A stretch of 47,455 bases of DNA from Salisapilia sapeloensis CBS 127946 (Eukaryota > Protista > Oomycota). Shown here piece after piece: positions 31,938 through 42,953 of the stretch. The translations under genes and the position numbers were made by a program. The notes below the pieces were generated by a model. The model saw only the letters and a list, made by a program, of their open reading frames with translations, did no database searches and was not told where the DNA came from. The stretch covers positions 1 through 47,455 of the forward strand of contig JAADVB010000146.1 in the NCBI GenBank assembly GCA_023334545.1. Direction: 5' to 3'. Every line of letters begins with the position of its first letter. Within the stretch, counting starts at the first letter, position 1.

Positions 31938-33628
31938 TCAAGTTAATGCGACGGCAAGTCGATGTAGAAAGTCTTTTTCGTCTTCTAGTGATGCCTGTGG
32001 TAGTATGAGTTCATGGACAGCGAGGATCGTGAGGCACTGAGCGATGCGAGGACCAGCGTTCTCGCCACCAAGATACGCCTTCACGTCTCGTCCATCGAGC
32101 TTTCGACTACGTGCATGAAAGTCTTTCGATGCACCAAAAACTTGTTCTTGTTTTAGCGTATGCGTCTCGATCATCTTTAAGTACGTCGTTAGACGCTCTT
32201 CTCGGACGTTTGGATCACAGGACGCAGCGACGATGGATAAAGCAGGAGAGAGGACGCCACTGTATTTACTTGTCCAGAGGATGAGATGGATGTACATGTC
32301 GTATGGACTCAAGTCTTTCGATGGGAAGCTTGCAACGGCTTCGACGATATGTGCAATGCGTTTCGCACCGGCTTTTGAGAATTTCACATTGACCTTGAGC
32401 AACTCAACGATCTCATCCGTACGTAAGCATTGGTCGATGTCTGCTTGACGACGTAGGAAGTCGACACCTGCACGTATGATGTCATCGTCTCTATCCGCAA
32501 AGTATGTTCGACACTGGTCGATCCAGTCCGTATCGAGCTCAGCGACAGGAGGGAGCTCTGGGATGGATTGAAAGTCGATGAAGAGCGGAGATAGAGCAGC
32601 TCCAAGAGCTTCGACGAAGCCGATGCTAAAGTTGGCATGGGCTAAGCGACTCTTATGGAGGAAAGCGAGACGGTCTTGTGCTTCGTGGACGATAGCATCG
32701 GTCCATTGGCGCGATGTCAATGGACTTGTAGCTTGTGAATCGAGGAGCACGAGGTCTAGTAGATGGAATTGAGAAAGTAGTGCAAAGGCACGAGGCGGAT
32801 CGCTACCAGAGAGCATCTTCATGGTCTCGATGCCGATACGTTCACGACTCACTTTATGCATCATAGCGTCATGGAGCTCTGGGTGATTCAAGACAGTTGA
32901 TTGGATCTCTGGTGCAAGATCAAAGCGGAATTCACAAGCAAAACGAAGAGCACGCAAGATACGTAGCGGGTCGTCCAAGAACGTTTGGAGCGGATCCAAA
33001 GGCGTACGAATGATACCTCTTTCTAAATCTACGAGGCCTTGGCCAGTAAAATCTTCTACTTGGTCGGTGAGGAGGTTGTAGAAGAGAGCGTTGATAGTCA
33101 AGTCACGCCGTTGGACGTCTTCTAGAGGTGTCGCGAATGGCGTCGAGTCTGGGATACGACTGTTTTCGCTGTAGACTTCGGAGCGTAAGTGGACAAAGTC
33201 TACAGATCGGTTGTCTAGACTGACAGTAGCGACTTCTAAATGCTTAGACTGGACGATGGAGTTAGTATAGAACGGATGCAAGGAAGAGGTGGAGGTACCT
33301 TGTCAGCATTCGCTCGGACGATGCCGATGGAGGCACGAGGGAGATTGCGCTTTGCCTGGAACTTGATGATCTTGTTGGCAAACTCTGTGCCAGTCATATT
33401 GTCTAGGACAAAGTCGATGTCGGGTGAATCGCGACCAAGTAACTTGTCACGGACCCATCCACCAGCGACTCGAATTTGTGTCTTTGGTGCATGGACACGA
33501 CCAACATACTTAATGAAATTAAAGAGATCTTGCTCTTCTTTCGTTAGATGCAATTGTTTCGATCGAGACGTGAACGTCCGGCGTGCACACAGCGCCGCAA
33601 CGTGCGTCCACTTCCTGCGCCACATCAT
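31938..33628 (-). CDS. TRNT1: CCA tRNA nucleotidyltransferase (2 exons: ~33628-33299, 33248-31938)
   Basis: RVAGGWVRDKLLG, DIDFVLD, SKHLEVA, DFVHLRSEVYSENSRIP, EDVQRRDLTINALFY, DDPLRILRALRFA, KVSRERIG. 50-nt intron. Start Met uncertain (33634/33628/33625); the N-terminus resembles a presequence. Confidence 0.92.
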
Positions 33629-33781
33629 GTGCATTAGTTTTGTCAGACAAAATAATTCGAATGATGAGTTGGGTGGTCCAAAGAAAAAGAAAAAGTAAAA
33701 AGTAAATTCTTTCATTGATAGTATGCACAAGTATGGGCGTCATGTATGCTTCTCGGACCTAGTCGACCTTGATCATGCAAT

Positions 33782-36700
33782 TTACTTTCGACTGTGGTGC
33801 TTTTGTTTTACTGGACGAATTGGCTGCGTCCCTGGTATCTCGCATCGACCTCGCATCTGATTACGATTACTCGTCTGCTCCACATATCGTCCAGCTTGGA
33901 GTTTCTTATCGTGTTGGCTACTCTTGCCTTTCCTAAAAGGCTTGGCATTCTTCACATGACTTTGCTTGTTCGAGGCAGTCGGTTTATACCGACTTCCGCT
34001 ACTGACTTCCATGGACACGGTCGAACTGTCGGATGCCGTCGAGTCCCTCAGCTCATCTGCGTTTTTCTTCTTATACTTATAAGCCCAGACGCCGAGCAAG
34101 ACACAGACGATGGCTAGTGTCCCGACGAGCACACACACGACGATCATCCAAGCCTGCAATCCGCCATCCTCCTCTTTATCAGCTGCCAAGGTCGTGTCGA
34201 GACTACCGGACAAGGACGACGCGACGAGAGCAAAGTCCTGCCCAGCTTCGTTGCCAGCCTTGACGCTATATCCAGCGACTACTGCCTCTAGAAGGACACC
34301 GTGGGTCGTATCCATTTTGGTACTACTTTCCTCCGCCAAAGAGACAGCGTCTTGGAAGGAGACTTCAAGCATTTCGACATTGTTCATACCATCCCTCTGA
34401 CCTTTACCGGACAGTGGGAAGATGCGCGGTGTCGATGTGTCGACTGAATTCGAAGACGTGTTCACGTCTTTCGTACTTTGCTGTCCATCCTGCGATGGTA
34501 TGCGAACGAATAGATCTAAATCGTTCTGAAGCATCGATCGAGAGCCTTGGGATCCAGGTGGGTCCGTCCATACGATCGTAATCCGCAAGTTCGCGCCTGG
34601 ACGTAGCATGAATAAGAAGGACGATTCTTCCCCATGTCGAACACGCGGCTGCGACTTGTCCGATGCGTTCGGATAGAAGTACATGTCCTTATTCGCTAGC
34701 GAACCGTTGTGGGAACCTAAGAACGTTGCCAAGGTAGGTAGACCGTAGCCTTGGTCATAGTCTGGGTACGTATCGAGTTGCTTTGCACGATCCTCCAGAG
34801 CGACGCAAGACGTGATGCCATCGTCCGAGTCATCCATCCGCTGCTCCATCGCTCGTCCGCTGTGGATGAGCAGAGCTTTCAGTAGCGACGCAGGGACGTT
34901 GGACATGCTATAGGCAGGGTCCTTGGCACCATGCTTCCAGTATCCGTCTCGTAGCCATTCGTGGAGGAGGACAGCCATCCCAGCGACGATCGGAGTGGCT
35001 TGGGACGAGCCTTTGAGGTCGCACATGCCATTGGTCTTGATGTTCGTCCCTGGCTTCTGAGACTCGGCAGACGTGAGGGTCATTCCAGGCGCGACCAAGT
35101 CTGGTTTGAGCCGACCATCCATCGTCGGACCGATGGAAGAGAACGACGCGACGGTGCGCTCGTTGAACAAGTCTGGACACGTCGCAGAGGACGAGAAGGA
35201 GGCTTGTGCGTTGAGAGAAGCACCGATGGACAAGACGTTCTTGGCTCCAGACGGCGCACTGATCGTCCTTGAACCTTCGGAGCCACTGTTCCCTGCTGCG
35301 ACAATGATGAAAATGTTCGGATGTTCATATATGTATGCATCTAGTTTCCTCGACTGGGCGTTATAGTCATTCCCACCTGTACCCCATGAGAAAGAGAAGA
35401 CTTGTGCACCTTCCTCCACTTGCGTCGTCACTAGTTCTTCTACATCGGATGGTGTCTCGAGATGGACGTCACATCCGTTGCTGCCAGCACAACTTTCATC
35501 TTGTTTGCCAATATCCATGAACGCAATTTTCGCTGCAGAAGCTATGCCGAGGTCATCATACTCTCCTGATACGGAACTACCGGCGAGAAGACCAGATACA
35601 TGTGTGCCATGTCCGCACGTCACTTCTCTACTCTCATCTACTTTGTTTGCAAATGCATTATACCGAATGACTTTACGTGCAGACGTATTTGCTTGATCAA
35701 AGATGTCACGTGCGTCCTGATCGAATTGATCGTGATCCAAGTAGAGCCCTGTGTCAGTGATACCGACGACCATGCCTGAGCCTTTAATACCAAAGGACCG
35801 GAAGTTACTGACACCTACGATGTCTTGGACGTACTCATCCAACTCGCGATGAGTCGAGACGACGGGAGGGAGTTGGTCGGACAGGAAACGGTTTTCGATC
35901 GAGTCGGTCACACCTCGAAGCATAGCGTTCATCGTCATCTCGACTTTCCGATCCACCCACTCGACCGCGTCATCATCTACGACGGCAGCGACGGCTTTCG
36001 ACCACGTCTCAAAGTCCTCTAAAGCGATCATCTCGAGGTCGTTCGCACCGACTGCAGAGAAGATATTCGAGAGCCCTGTCGAGTTCTCTACGCGTTTATT
36101 CAGTCGAGACAGTGCTTTCTCCTGGTCTGCGCCAGTCACAAGTTCAATCGACAAGGCAGGTGCCTCTAATTCCTTCCAAGTGTCTGGTGCATCGACACTT
36201 CGAGCGAACGGAGTGAGCTTTAGAATCGCTGGCAAGGCGACGACACTAATGATACAATCCAAATCAAGTAGTTGCTGTCCGATACGATTGTCCATGTGTA
36301 GTAGGAGGACACTATAGTCTACGTCTGTGTCGTCATCACTTCGTGTAAGGAACGCCGGGATGGAACTTTCATCTTTCTCTCGATCCCATATCGTATCGAT
36401 GTCCTTGAGACACTGCTTTTCATCCATTCCATTGTGAAGTCGGACGAGCATCGGTTGCTGGTCAAACGGATCTGTATCGTCGTCGCTACTAAGCGCATCA
36501 TCGAAGAATTGTTCCTGGAAGAACTGGAGCTGGCATGCAACAGCTTCGGTCTCATTTAGATTACTCGCTATGAGCGCATCATAGGCTTCGAAGAAGATGG
36601 TCGGGAAATTCTTGAATGGATTCGAGTCCAAGTCACCTATGGACAAGACGACTTGCTTCTGACGCTCAGTACTTCCCGGGAGGTTTCGACAGGCCATGAA

Positions 36701-36964
36701 ATCGATTTCTTGGATGCTACTACTGGTAGCATTTACTCCTTGTACTCGAGCATTTCCTGTATTTCCATCTTGTACTGCAGCTAGTCGCCGATATGTACCA
36801 CAATTAGCTGCATTACATTCCGACGTTTCCTGCAAATGGCGATATGCTTGGCGAATATGCAGTGGCGAGCAATGATAATCACAGAACGCTTCCTTCGATA
36901 CGAACTCCAGACCTGAGACACATACGAGTGAGTATACAGCGAGGAGCAGTACGCCCGACTGCAT
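33782..36964 (-). CDS. Subtilisin-like S8 serine protease (Kp43/Tag-like), signal peptide plus C-terminal TM helix
   Basis: Triad ITDTG (D), HGTHVSG (H), GSSQATP (S). Oxyanion AAGNSG. KPDLVAPG, ITIVWTDPPG..NDLDL beta-domain. TM WMIVVCVLVGTLAIVCVLLGVWAY, followed by a basic tail. Confidence 0.9.
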   Translation of the reverse strand: MQSGVLLLAVYSLVCVSGLEFVSKEAFCDYHCSPLHIRQAYRHLQETSECNAANCGTYRRLAAVQDGNTGNARVQGVNATSSSIQEIDFMACRNLPGSTERQKQVVLSIGDLDSNPFKNFPTIFFEAYDALIASNLNETEAVACQLQFFQEQFFDDALSSDDDTDPFDQQPMLVRLHNGMDEKQCLKDIDTIWDREKDESSIPAFLTRSDDDTDVDYSVLLLHMDNRIGQQLLDLDCIISVVALPAILKLTPFARSVDAPDTWKELEAPALSIELVTGADQEKALSRLNKRVENSTGLSNIFSAVGANDLEMIALEDFETWSKAVAAVVDDDAVEWVDRKVEMTMNAMLRGVTDSIENRFLSDQLPPVVSTHRELDEYVQDIVGVSNFRSFGIKGSGMVVGITDTGLYLDHDQFDQDARDIFDQANTSARKVIRYNAFANKVDESREVTCGHGTHVSGLLAGSSVSGEYDDLGIASAAKIAFMDIGKQDESCAGSNGCDVHLETPSDVEELVTTQVEEGAQVFSFSWGTGGNDYNAQSRKLDAYIYEHPNIFIIVAAGNSGSEGSRTISAPSGAKNVLSIGASLNAQASFSSSATCPDLFNERTVASFSSIGPTMDGRLKPDLVAPGMTLTSAESQKPGTNIKTNGMCDLKGSSQATPIVAGMAVLLHEWLRDGYWKHGAKDPAYSMSNVPASLLKALLIHSGRAMEQRMDDSDDGITSCVALEDRAKQLDTYPDYDQGYGLPTLATFLGSHNGSLANKDMYFYPNASDKSQPRVRHGEESSFLFMLRPGANLRITIVWTDPPGSQGSRSMLQNDLDLFVRIPSQDGQQSTKDVNTSSNSVDTSTPRIFPLSGKGQRDGMNNVEMLEVSFQDAVSLAEESSTKMDTTHGVLLEAVVAGYSVKAGNEAGQDFALVASSLSGSLDTTLAADKEEDGGLQAWMIVVCVLVGTLAIVCVLLGVWAYKYKKKNADELRDSTASDSSTVSMEVSSGSRYKPTASNKQSHVKNAKPFRKGKSSQHDKKLQAGRYVEQTSNRNQMRGRCEIPGTQPIRPVKQKHHSRK

Positions 36965-38752
36965 TCTTATTCGAATTGGACTCTTGATGGAAGGGATTTC
37001 GCGCTGATAGCTTTCGTGTGTTCTAGCGTTCCTGCGTCCCAGCTGACAATTCTGACTAGAAACTCGGGATCAGGTGCCTAATGGAAGTGTAGGCTATTGA
37101 ATTGAAATCGAGAGCAACGGACAACAAGATAGCCTAGTAGACCTTTGCTCGAGCGTATTTTAATGTGCTTATAATGGAAGAGGAAGTAGAGGGCGTGCAG
37201 CTTTCAATCGCTGACATCATGCTGAGGTGGCAACTTCATACTGACACTAAGTCTTATGACACCTGGCAGATATTTTCGTGGGTAGTAGACAGGGATAGCG
37301 TAGGTGGAGATATATAAGCAAATAGAACTTTTGTGTGCAAAGGGCATGTACTCGATCAAGGAAATGAAAGAAGTGTAGTTGAAAATAAAAAAATAGCTTA
37401 GAAAAGATACGAAATATACGTGGAACTCTTCCTTGATTTGGTAGTGTGCTGGCGTTCAGAGTTGACAAGACACGAGAGCATCCCTTGCGTTGCTTGATCC
37501 TACGCATATCAGAGTAGTAGCCTTTACCGGAATATGATCAGGAATCGCTTGCGTCATTGCTCCTCAAGCTGCTTGTCTCGAGTTAAACGATTGTTGAAAG
37601 TAGACAATGTAGAGAGTTGATTGTACGAAAGTTTCTTCCAATGCCATTACGAGGATATTAAATGGTTTAAAAAGTAATGTAGAAAGGAGGTGTTTGCTGT
37701 AGGCATATCATAGAAGCATGCCCCAACTATGTTAAAGAGGGACTTAAAGTCGGCATTATCGATCATAATACCAATTCCACTAGGCTAGGTTGCTATCGTG
37801 CTGTCTTTGGCACCATGAATAGATGTGCGCATAGCTGTGCACTGAATCCCATCGTATCTCTTTTCCGGGTATTGCATCCTCGGTGCTATTGCACACAGAC
37901 AGGAAGCTTAACTGAAATCAAGCTTAGACACTTGCAAATATCCTTTGGCCACAGCATACATGAATGATTTAGTGTTCTGTCAAGTGGCAGGCCCATTAGC
38001 ATTTCCACTGTTGCTACAGTAATTAAATCAACCGATCGACTAAGGCGCTTTAGAGAATTTCTTAGTTGCTCGTGCCGTCCTTAAGAAACTGAGCACCCAA
38101 TTTCGCTCGATTATGCCAAATAAACATCAGCTTCTTTAACAATAAAAGACATTCGTTTCGTCTTGGAGACTGTGAGCGATCTCCGTTGCAAAGTTGGTAG
38201 CAAATCCTGTTCACTTTAGTCCCTCGCGTGGGCAATCAAAAGGCGAGACCAATAGACATGTTCCCAAACTCATCCAAATTCGTTGTGACCTCATATACTG
38301 TTCAAGCATCCAGTGGATACTAGTCCGAATCCAAATCTATAAGAACTGAAAGCTTGGAGATGTACAGAAAGACCTACTATATCGTAGTGGGTACTGCGTC
38401 TCCGGACTTCACTTTAACGGAAGTGTCTGTTGATTGAGTTTGGTAGCAGTGGGTCGACACTGCAGGCTATCTCGAACAAAGAAAGATAGATGTAGATTGC
38501 TTAGATCTTTAAATTAAGTTTTAGATACACTTACTGCCATCCTAGAACAATGTCGGCATCTTTTTAACATGATCAAGTTGGAACTAGATTATATAAACAG
38601 TGAGCACAGCAGAGCCATGTCCTGGAATAATTACGTATGCATATGCCGAATACTTGAGGTGAAAGAGCAGGAAGCAACGAACAAGCATTTGCTGGAAGTT
38701 GATAAACATCCACAACTATCATTTTCCTTCGTTACGATGGCTCATATGCAGT

Positions 38753-39767
38753 CTAATGCAGTGGGAAGCGGGCCTTTAACCAGTCCGTAAGAGTCTGCAT
38801 GACTTCCTCTCGCTCTGGCTCATCGAAAAGGGCATGGTAGAGTCCATCGAACTCCCGGAACTCCTTGTCTTTATTCGCGAGCCGGTCGTAGAACTCATGA
38901 GCGCTTTTACGATTCGTAACTTTATCGTTCGTACCCATGAGCATTAGTAGTGAAAGTTGACAGAAAGCACTGGACGCATCCGTCACTTTCTCATCCGCCT
39001 GCAATGACTGCATCCCCGCTAATGTCTACAACATGATTGAGTATGCTGCATATAATAAATATTTAATAGCTCTCTACCTGGACTCCCATGCAAACGGTGA
39101 TATTACCAGTCGTTGTAAGTGGGTCTTGCACGAAATCATCCAAAAAGCCTGGTCGACGAGTAATCCAATCGGGATTGACGGCCGGTACGATTCTCGCTTT
39201 CGGGAAGAGGCTTGCTAGTGGTTTTGAAACGTACGTTTGCAAACGGAGAGTTGTCGTCATCTCAACACTGAGTGCTGGCGCAACGAGTACGAGCGCTTGC
39301 AGCTTTTGCTCGGCGGACACTGCCGTAAGTGCACTGACGAGTGATCCGAGCGAGAACCCACACAGAGCTAAGGGAGGTAGATTTTCACCAAGGTAGGAAG
39401 GTAGCACACTCGTTTTTGCAAGCGCGATCATTTCATTCGTGTCCTCGACCAAGTGTTTATAGTCTTCCACGGTAGCTCGTTCCCCAATCGGCTCATTGTC
39501 ACTCTTGCCATGAGCAACGAGATCGTAGGCAAAAACACCAAAGTCATTCTTGCACAGCTCTTCGTACAAGGCATAAAAGCGGCGGCAGTGCTCGCCAATT
39601 CCATGGATGAAGACAATGACACCTCGAAGCGTGTGGCTTTCGGGTGGCAAGACGGTAACGTAGGAAAGGTTGAGACCCCTTGCATTCTTGTGGAATCCTT
39701 CACCTTGGCGAAAGTCCTTTGGAAGGTCGTTGGCGCCGTATTGTAGCGGCAGTTTATCAGTTCCCAT
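38753..39767 (-). CDS. Monoglyceride lipase/lysophospholipase-like hydrolase, paralog C (2 exons: 39767-39078, 39025-38753)
   Basis: FIHGIGEHC, YDLVAHGKS, GFSLG, MGTNDKV, YHALFDEP. A 52-nt GTAGAG..TAG intron joins two ORFs in frame. Confidence 0.88.
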
Positions 39768-41720
39768 CGACTTGAGCTCTTGAGTGAATTCCTACTTGTG
39801 ATATGGTCGAGGATGTATAGTAAGCGTCCTGACAAGTTGTGCGGTTGTGGCGAGGGATAAGGATAGCTGCACCTGTTGACTCGTTTACCAAGCTTATTCA
39901 GCAGTCACCATAGCGTTGACAGTGGGATAGATCTACATGAACGACATTGAAGCGCTAGCTGCAGCGGAGATAGGTACGACCGTCAAAGAGACTCATGGAA
40001 CTAGAAACATAATAAATAAAGTTGAGTTTTATCGTTATTACTAATTGACATGTGACTTTCGCTTACTGCCATCCATAGGGCAAATTGAATTGGTAAAAGT
40101 TTGGAGCAGCCATGCATTCTTCTTTTACATTTACAAGAGAGATTTATGCTCGGTTTGTATCTTGCCAGTACGCTTTACTTCATTTTGCGATTCAATTTTA
40201 CTTTGATCATGTATCGTTGTCTTTAAATGCATGCTCTGAACAAAGAATTGCCTCTAACCTAACGTCATAGCTGACAAAGAAGTGGCAGTGAGTGGTGTAG
40301 TGTGAGCACCACGACCTTGGTTATGCAGCAGATTGAACCCATCCTTTGCATCGAAGCAAATTGTGTACTTTAAACAAGGAAAGCAGAGTCGAATGTATGC
40401 GTAGGGTGTAGTCAGACTGTTTGGAAGGGGCAACGAGCATGACAACGCAATGTTTGTGAAGCCTCGTTTAATCTGTTTCGTCTGAGCAAATCGGATATAA
40501 TTGGTAAAGGTACAGCATTATCGAGGACATGACGACAATTCCCGAACATAGTAATATACGTAGCTACTCTTAAACAATACAGTATTATCTGGATTTTTGC
40601 AGGGAAGACAGCTAGATGGCTTGAATACTAGTTCAATAGATTGATGAACAGTATGGATTGCTTGAACACCGGGTAAATCTCGGAGCTGCTTTCCCATCGC
40701 TTTTTACTGATAAACAACTTGTAACTGCATCGATGTAAGAGTTCCTGTACGCACGTTCTAGTCATCTTGTCCATCCCTAGAACGTAATGAAAGCTAAGCA
40801 AGGAGATGGAAGCTTATCAACGACTTCTTTGTTATTTCTGCCAATTCATCGTTGACTTACTAAATATGGCCGAAATTATACATGTCGCCTCTTGTTGATT
40901 GCCAACAGTGTTCATACTATTGACGACTCCAAGATATACGCCATACAATCTCTTGGTGCTTTTGTAGTATGGTAATTGCGGTCTTGTTTGAGCGCTCTTT
41001 GGTGCCAACTTCAACAATAACGCATACTTTATCCAAGTCTTTTATATTTAACAAAATCACCGGAACAACATGGCCATTTGTACGGACATTTCGTATAGGA
41101 ATCCATGGAGAACTGGGAGAGGATGTAGCCAGCACTTCTACTCTGCCATAAAGTGGCGGCTAGATGCCTGAAATCGAGCTTTTACGTGCGAAGTACGACG
41201 ATTCAGCTCAGATGAGAATCTAGTCCATCCAGCAGATTGTATCGAGTATCTAGCCTGAAATACGTATGTTTACTACCGGATACGCCTTCCAATAGCCATA
41301 GAACGAGATTAATTTCTGATATTCTCTACTATTCGGTTCAATTGCACGACGGTCGGGAATCGATCGTTTGTTCCTTAAACGGTCGGAGGAAGCATTAGAA
41401 TATTATTTTTCATCCAATGCCCAACTCGACTTCTTGGTAAAAATTTTATTCATGTCAAACGACTCCGAGTAGGCGGTGAATGTCGTTACGGCTACCAAAC
41501 AACTTTTTGTATCGCAAGACCGAATCGATCTGCAGGAGTCAAACATACGAAATGATCCACGCTATCCATCTTATTCCTGCTCTATGCACGCTCGTAGACG
41601 AATTGTAACTGACGCGATCCCCACATGACCAGAAAGTTTGGACTGATGATTGGTCGACCGACTGGCGTGGTGCCTTTTCTATTCGATTGCATGCGTCCCG
41701 ATGTTGCTTTGGGAGTCGAG

Positions 41721-41733
41721 CATTCCGAAACTT
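41721..41733 (+). promoter_or_regulatory. INR-FPR-like core promoter of EEP paralog 3
   Basis: CATTCCGAAACTT about 24 nt upstream of ATG 41757, at the same spacing as in paralog 1. Confidence 0.55.
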
Positions 41734-41756
41734 GATCGATCGAGCACAGGCAAAAT

Positions 41757-42953
41757 ATGCACGTGAACACCGCTTTTCTCCTTTCGGCTGCGGCGATTGC
41801 TGCGGCCGTCGACGCCAAGGTCGAGCTTTCGACCATGTCGCTGAATGTCCGAACCGCGGTTGATAACGCATGGGACAGTTGGCGTGGTGATTTGATGGTT
41901 GGCTTCGTGAAGCAAGAGTCTCCCGATTTCATCGGTCTACAGGAGAATACTCAGAAGCAGTACGATTATCTACTTGCGTCCACCGACGGATATGCTTCAA
42001 TCGGTGGATGTGTGAAGGGAGATGGAGATGCTTGTGCTGGATCAGAACGAACCAATATCATGTACAAGAAGGCTTCGTGGGAGGTGATTGACAATGGCGA
42101 CATTCACCTCAGCGGCGATTACGACCATCCAAGTGAAACCGCTGAGAACACGTATGGCCTCCAATACCAACGCGTGGTAACTTGGGGTCGCTTCAAGAGC
42201 ACCAAGGATGAAAGCGCCACGGTCTGCTACTTTAACACGCACTACGACCCAGGCCTTGGTCACGAGCAAAGTTCCGAGTTGATTCGACACCAAATGGCCC
42301 AAAAGTGTAAAGAGGAAGACTTGGCCATGTTCACGGCAGACCTGAACGCACCTCCGGAGAGCAAAGCCTACAACTTGCTCACTGGGGACGACTCGCCCTT
42401 CCAACTTACTGACGCCTTGAAAACCGTCGGTAACAGGGATGGTACGTTGGTTGGTGGTGGTAACTACAGGGCCGATGGAGGCGCCATTTTCGACTTCGTA
42501 CTCGCGAGAGCGAACAACCTGTGCGTTGTCGATGGCCATGTCGGAGCAGGAAAGGATCAAGAAGGACGCTACGATAGCGACCACAGACACCCTGTTGCTG
42601 AATTCTGCATCGGCGCCGACTGCAACTGCAAGAACAACGGCGGTGGCGGAGACGACTACGCCGCTTTGGTGCATGGTGAGGCTGGAGATCAGCAGGAGTA
42701 TGCTCTTGAGACTGATCAAGCTACGGAAGAAGAGACTGATCAAGCTACGGAAGAAGAGACCAATGACTATGGAACCGAGGAACAGGAGACAGATGCACCA
42801 GGAGTGGAGGTACCGGAGACAGAGGCTCCTGAAACGGAAGCACCGACTCCTGCCCCAACCGAAGCGGAGAAACCAGAATTGACGGACGCGCCCGCGCTTG
42901 CGACGGACGAGGAAGGTCCGAACTGTGATGGCCCAGGTCGTCTTCGTCACTAA
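41757..42953 (+). CDS. Secreted EEP family protein, paralog 3 (closest to paralog 1, inverted orientation)
   Basis: Signal peptide MHVNTAFLLSAAAIAAAVDA-K. SLNVR, IGLQE, NTHYD, TADLN, FDFVL, SDH. E/T/P-rich stalk. Ends NCDGPGRLRH*. Confidence 0.88.
   Translation: MHVNTAFLLSAAAIAAAVDAKVELSTMSLNVRTAVDNAWDSWRGDLMVGFVKQESPDFIGLQENTQKQYDYLLASTDGYASIGGCVKGDGDACAGSERTNIMYKKASWEVIDNGDIHLSGDYDHPSETAENTYGLQYQRVVTWGRFKSTKDESATVCYFNTHYDPGLGHEQSSELIRHQMAQKCKEEDLAMFTADLNAPPESKAYNLLTGDDSPFQLTDALKTVGNRDGTLVGGGNYRADGGAIFDFVLARANNLCVVDGHVGAGKDQEGRYDSDHRHPVAEFCIGADCNCKNNGGGGDDYAALVHGEAGDQQEYALETDQATEEETDQATEEETNDYGTEEQETDAPGVEVPETEAPETEAPTPAPTEAEKPELTDAPALATDEEGPNCDGPGRLRH
42708..42760 (+). repeat. Perfect 24-nt coding tandem repeat (ETDQATEE x2) in the EEP3 stalk
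   Basis: GAGACTGATCAAGCTACGGAAGAA at 42708 and 42732, followed by a partial third unit GAGAC. Confidence 0.9.

Noticed and set aside
42042-42950. 302-aa antisense ORF opposite EEP3 (similarly 17806-18438 opposite EEP2)
   Set aside because: A mirror frame of a well-supported coding gene, explained by codon bias. No independent domain signal.
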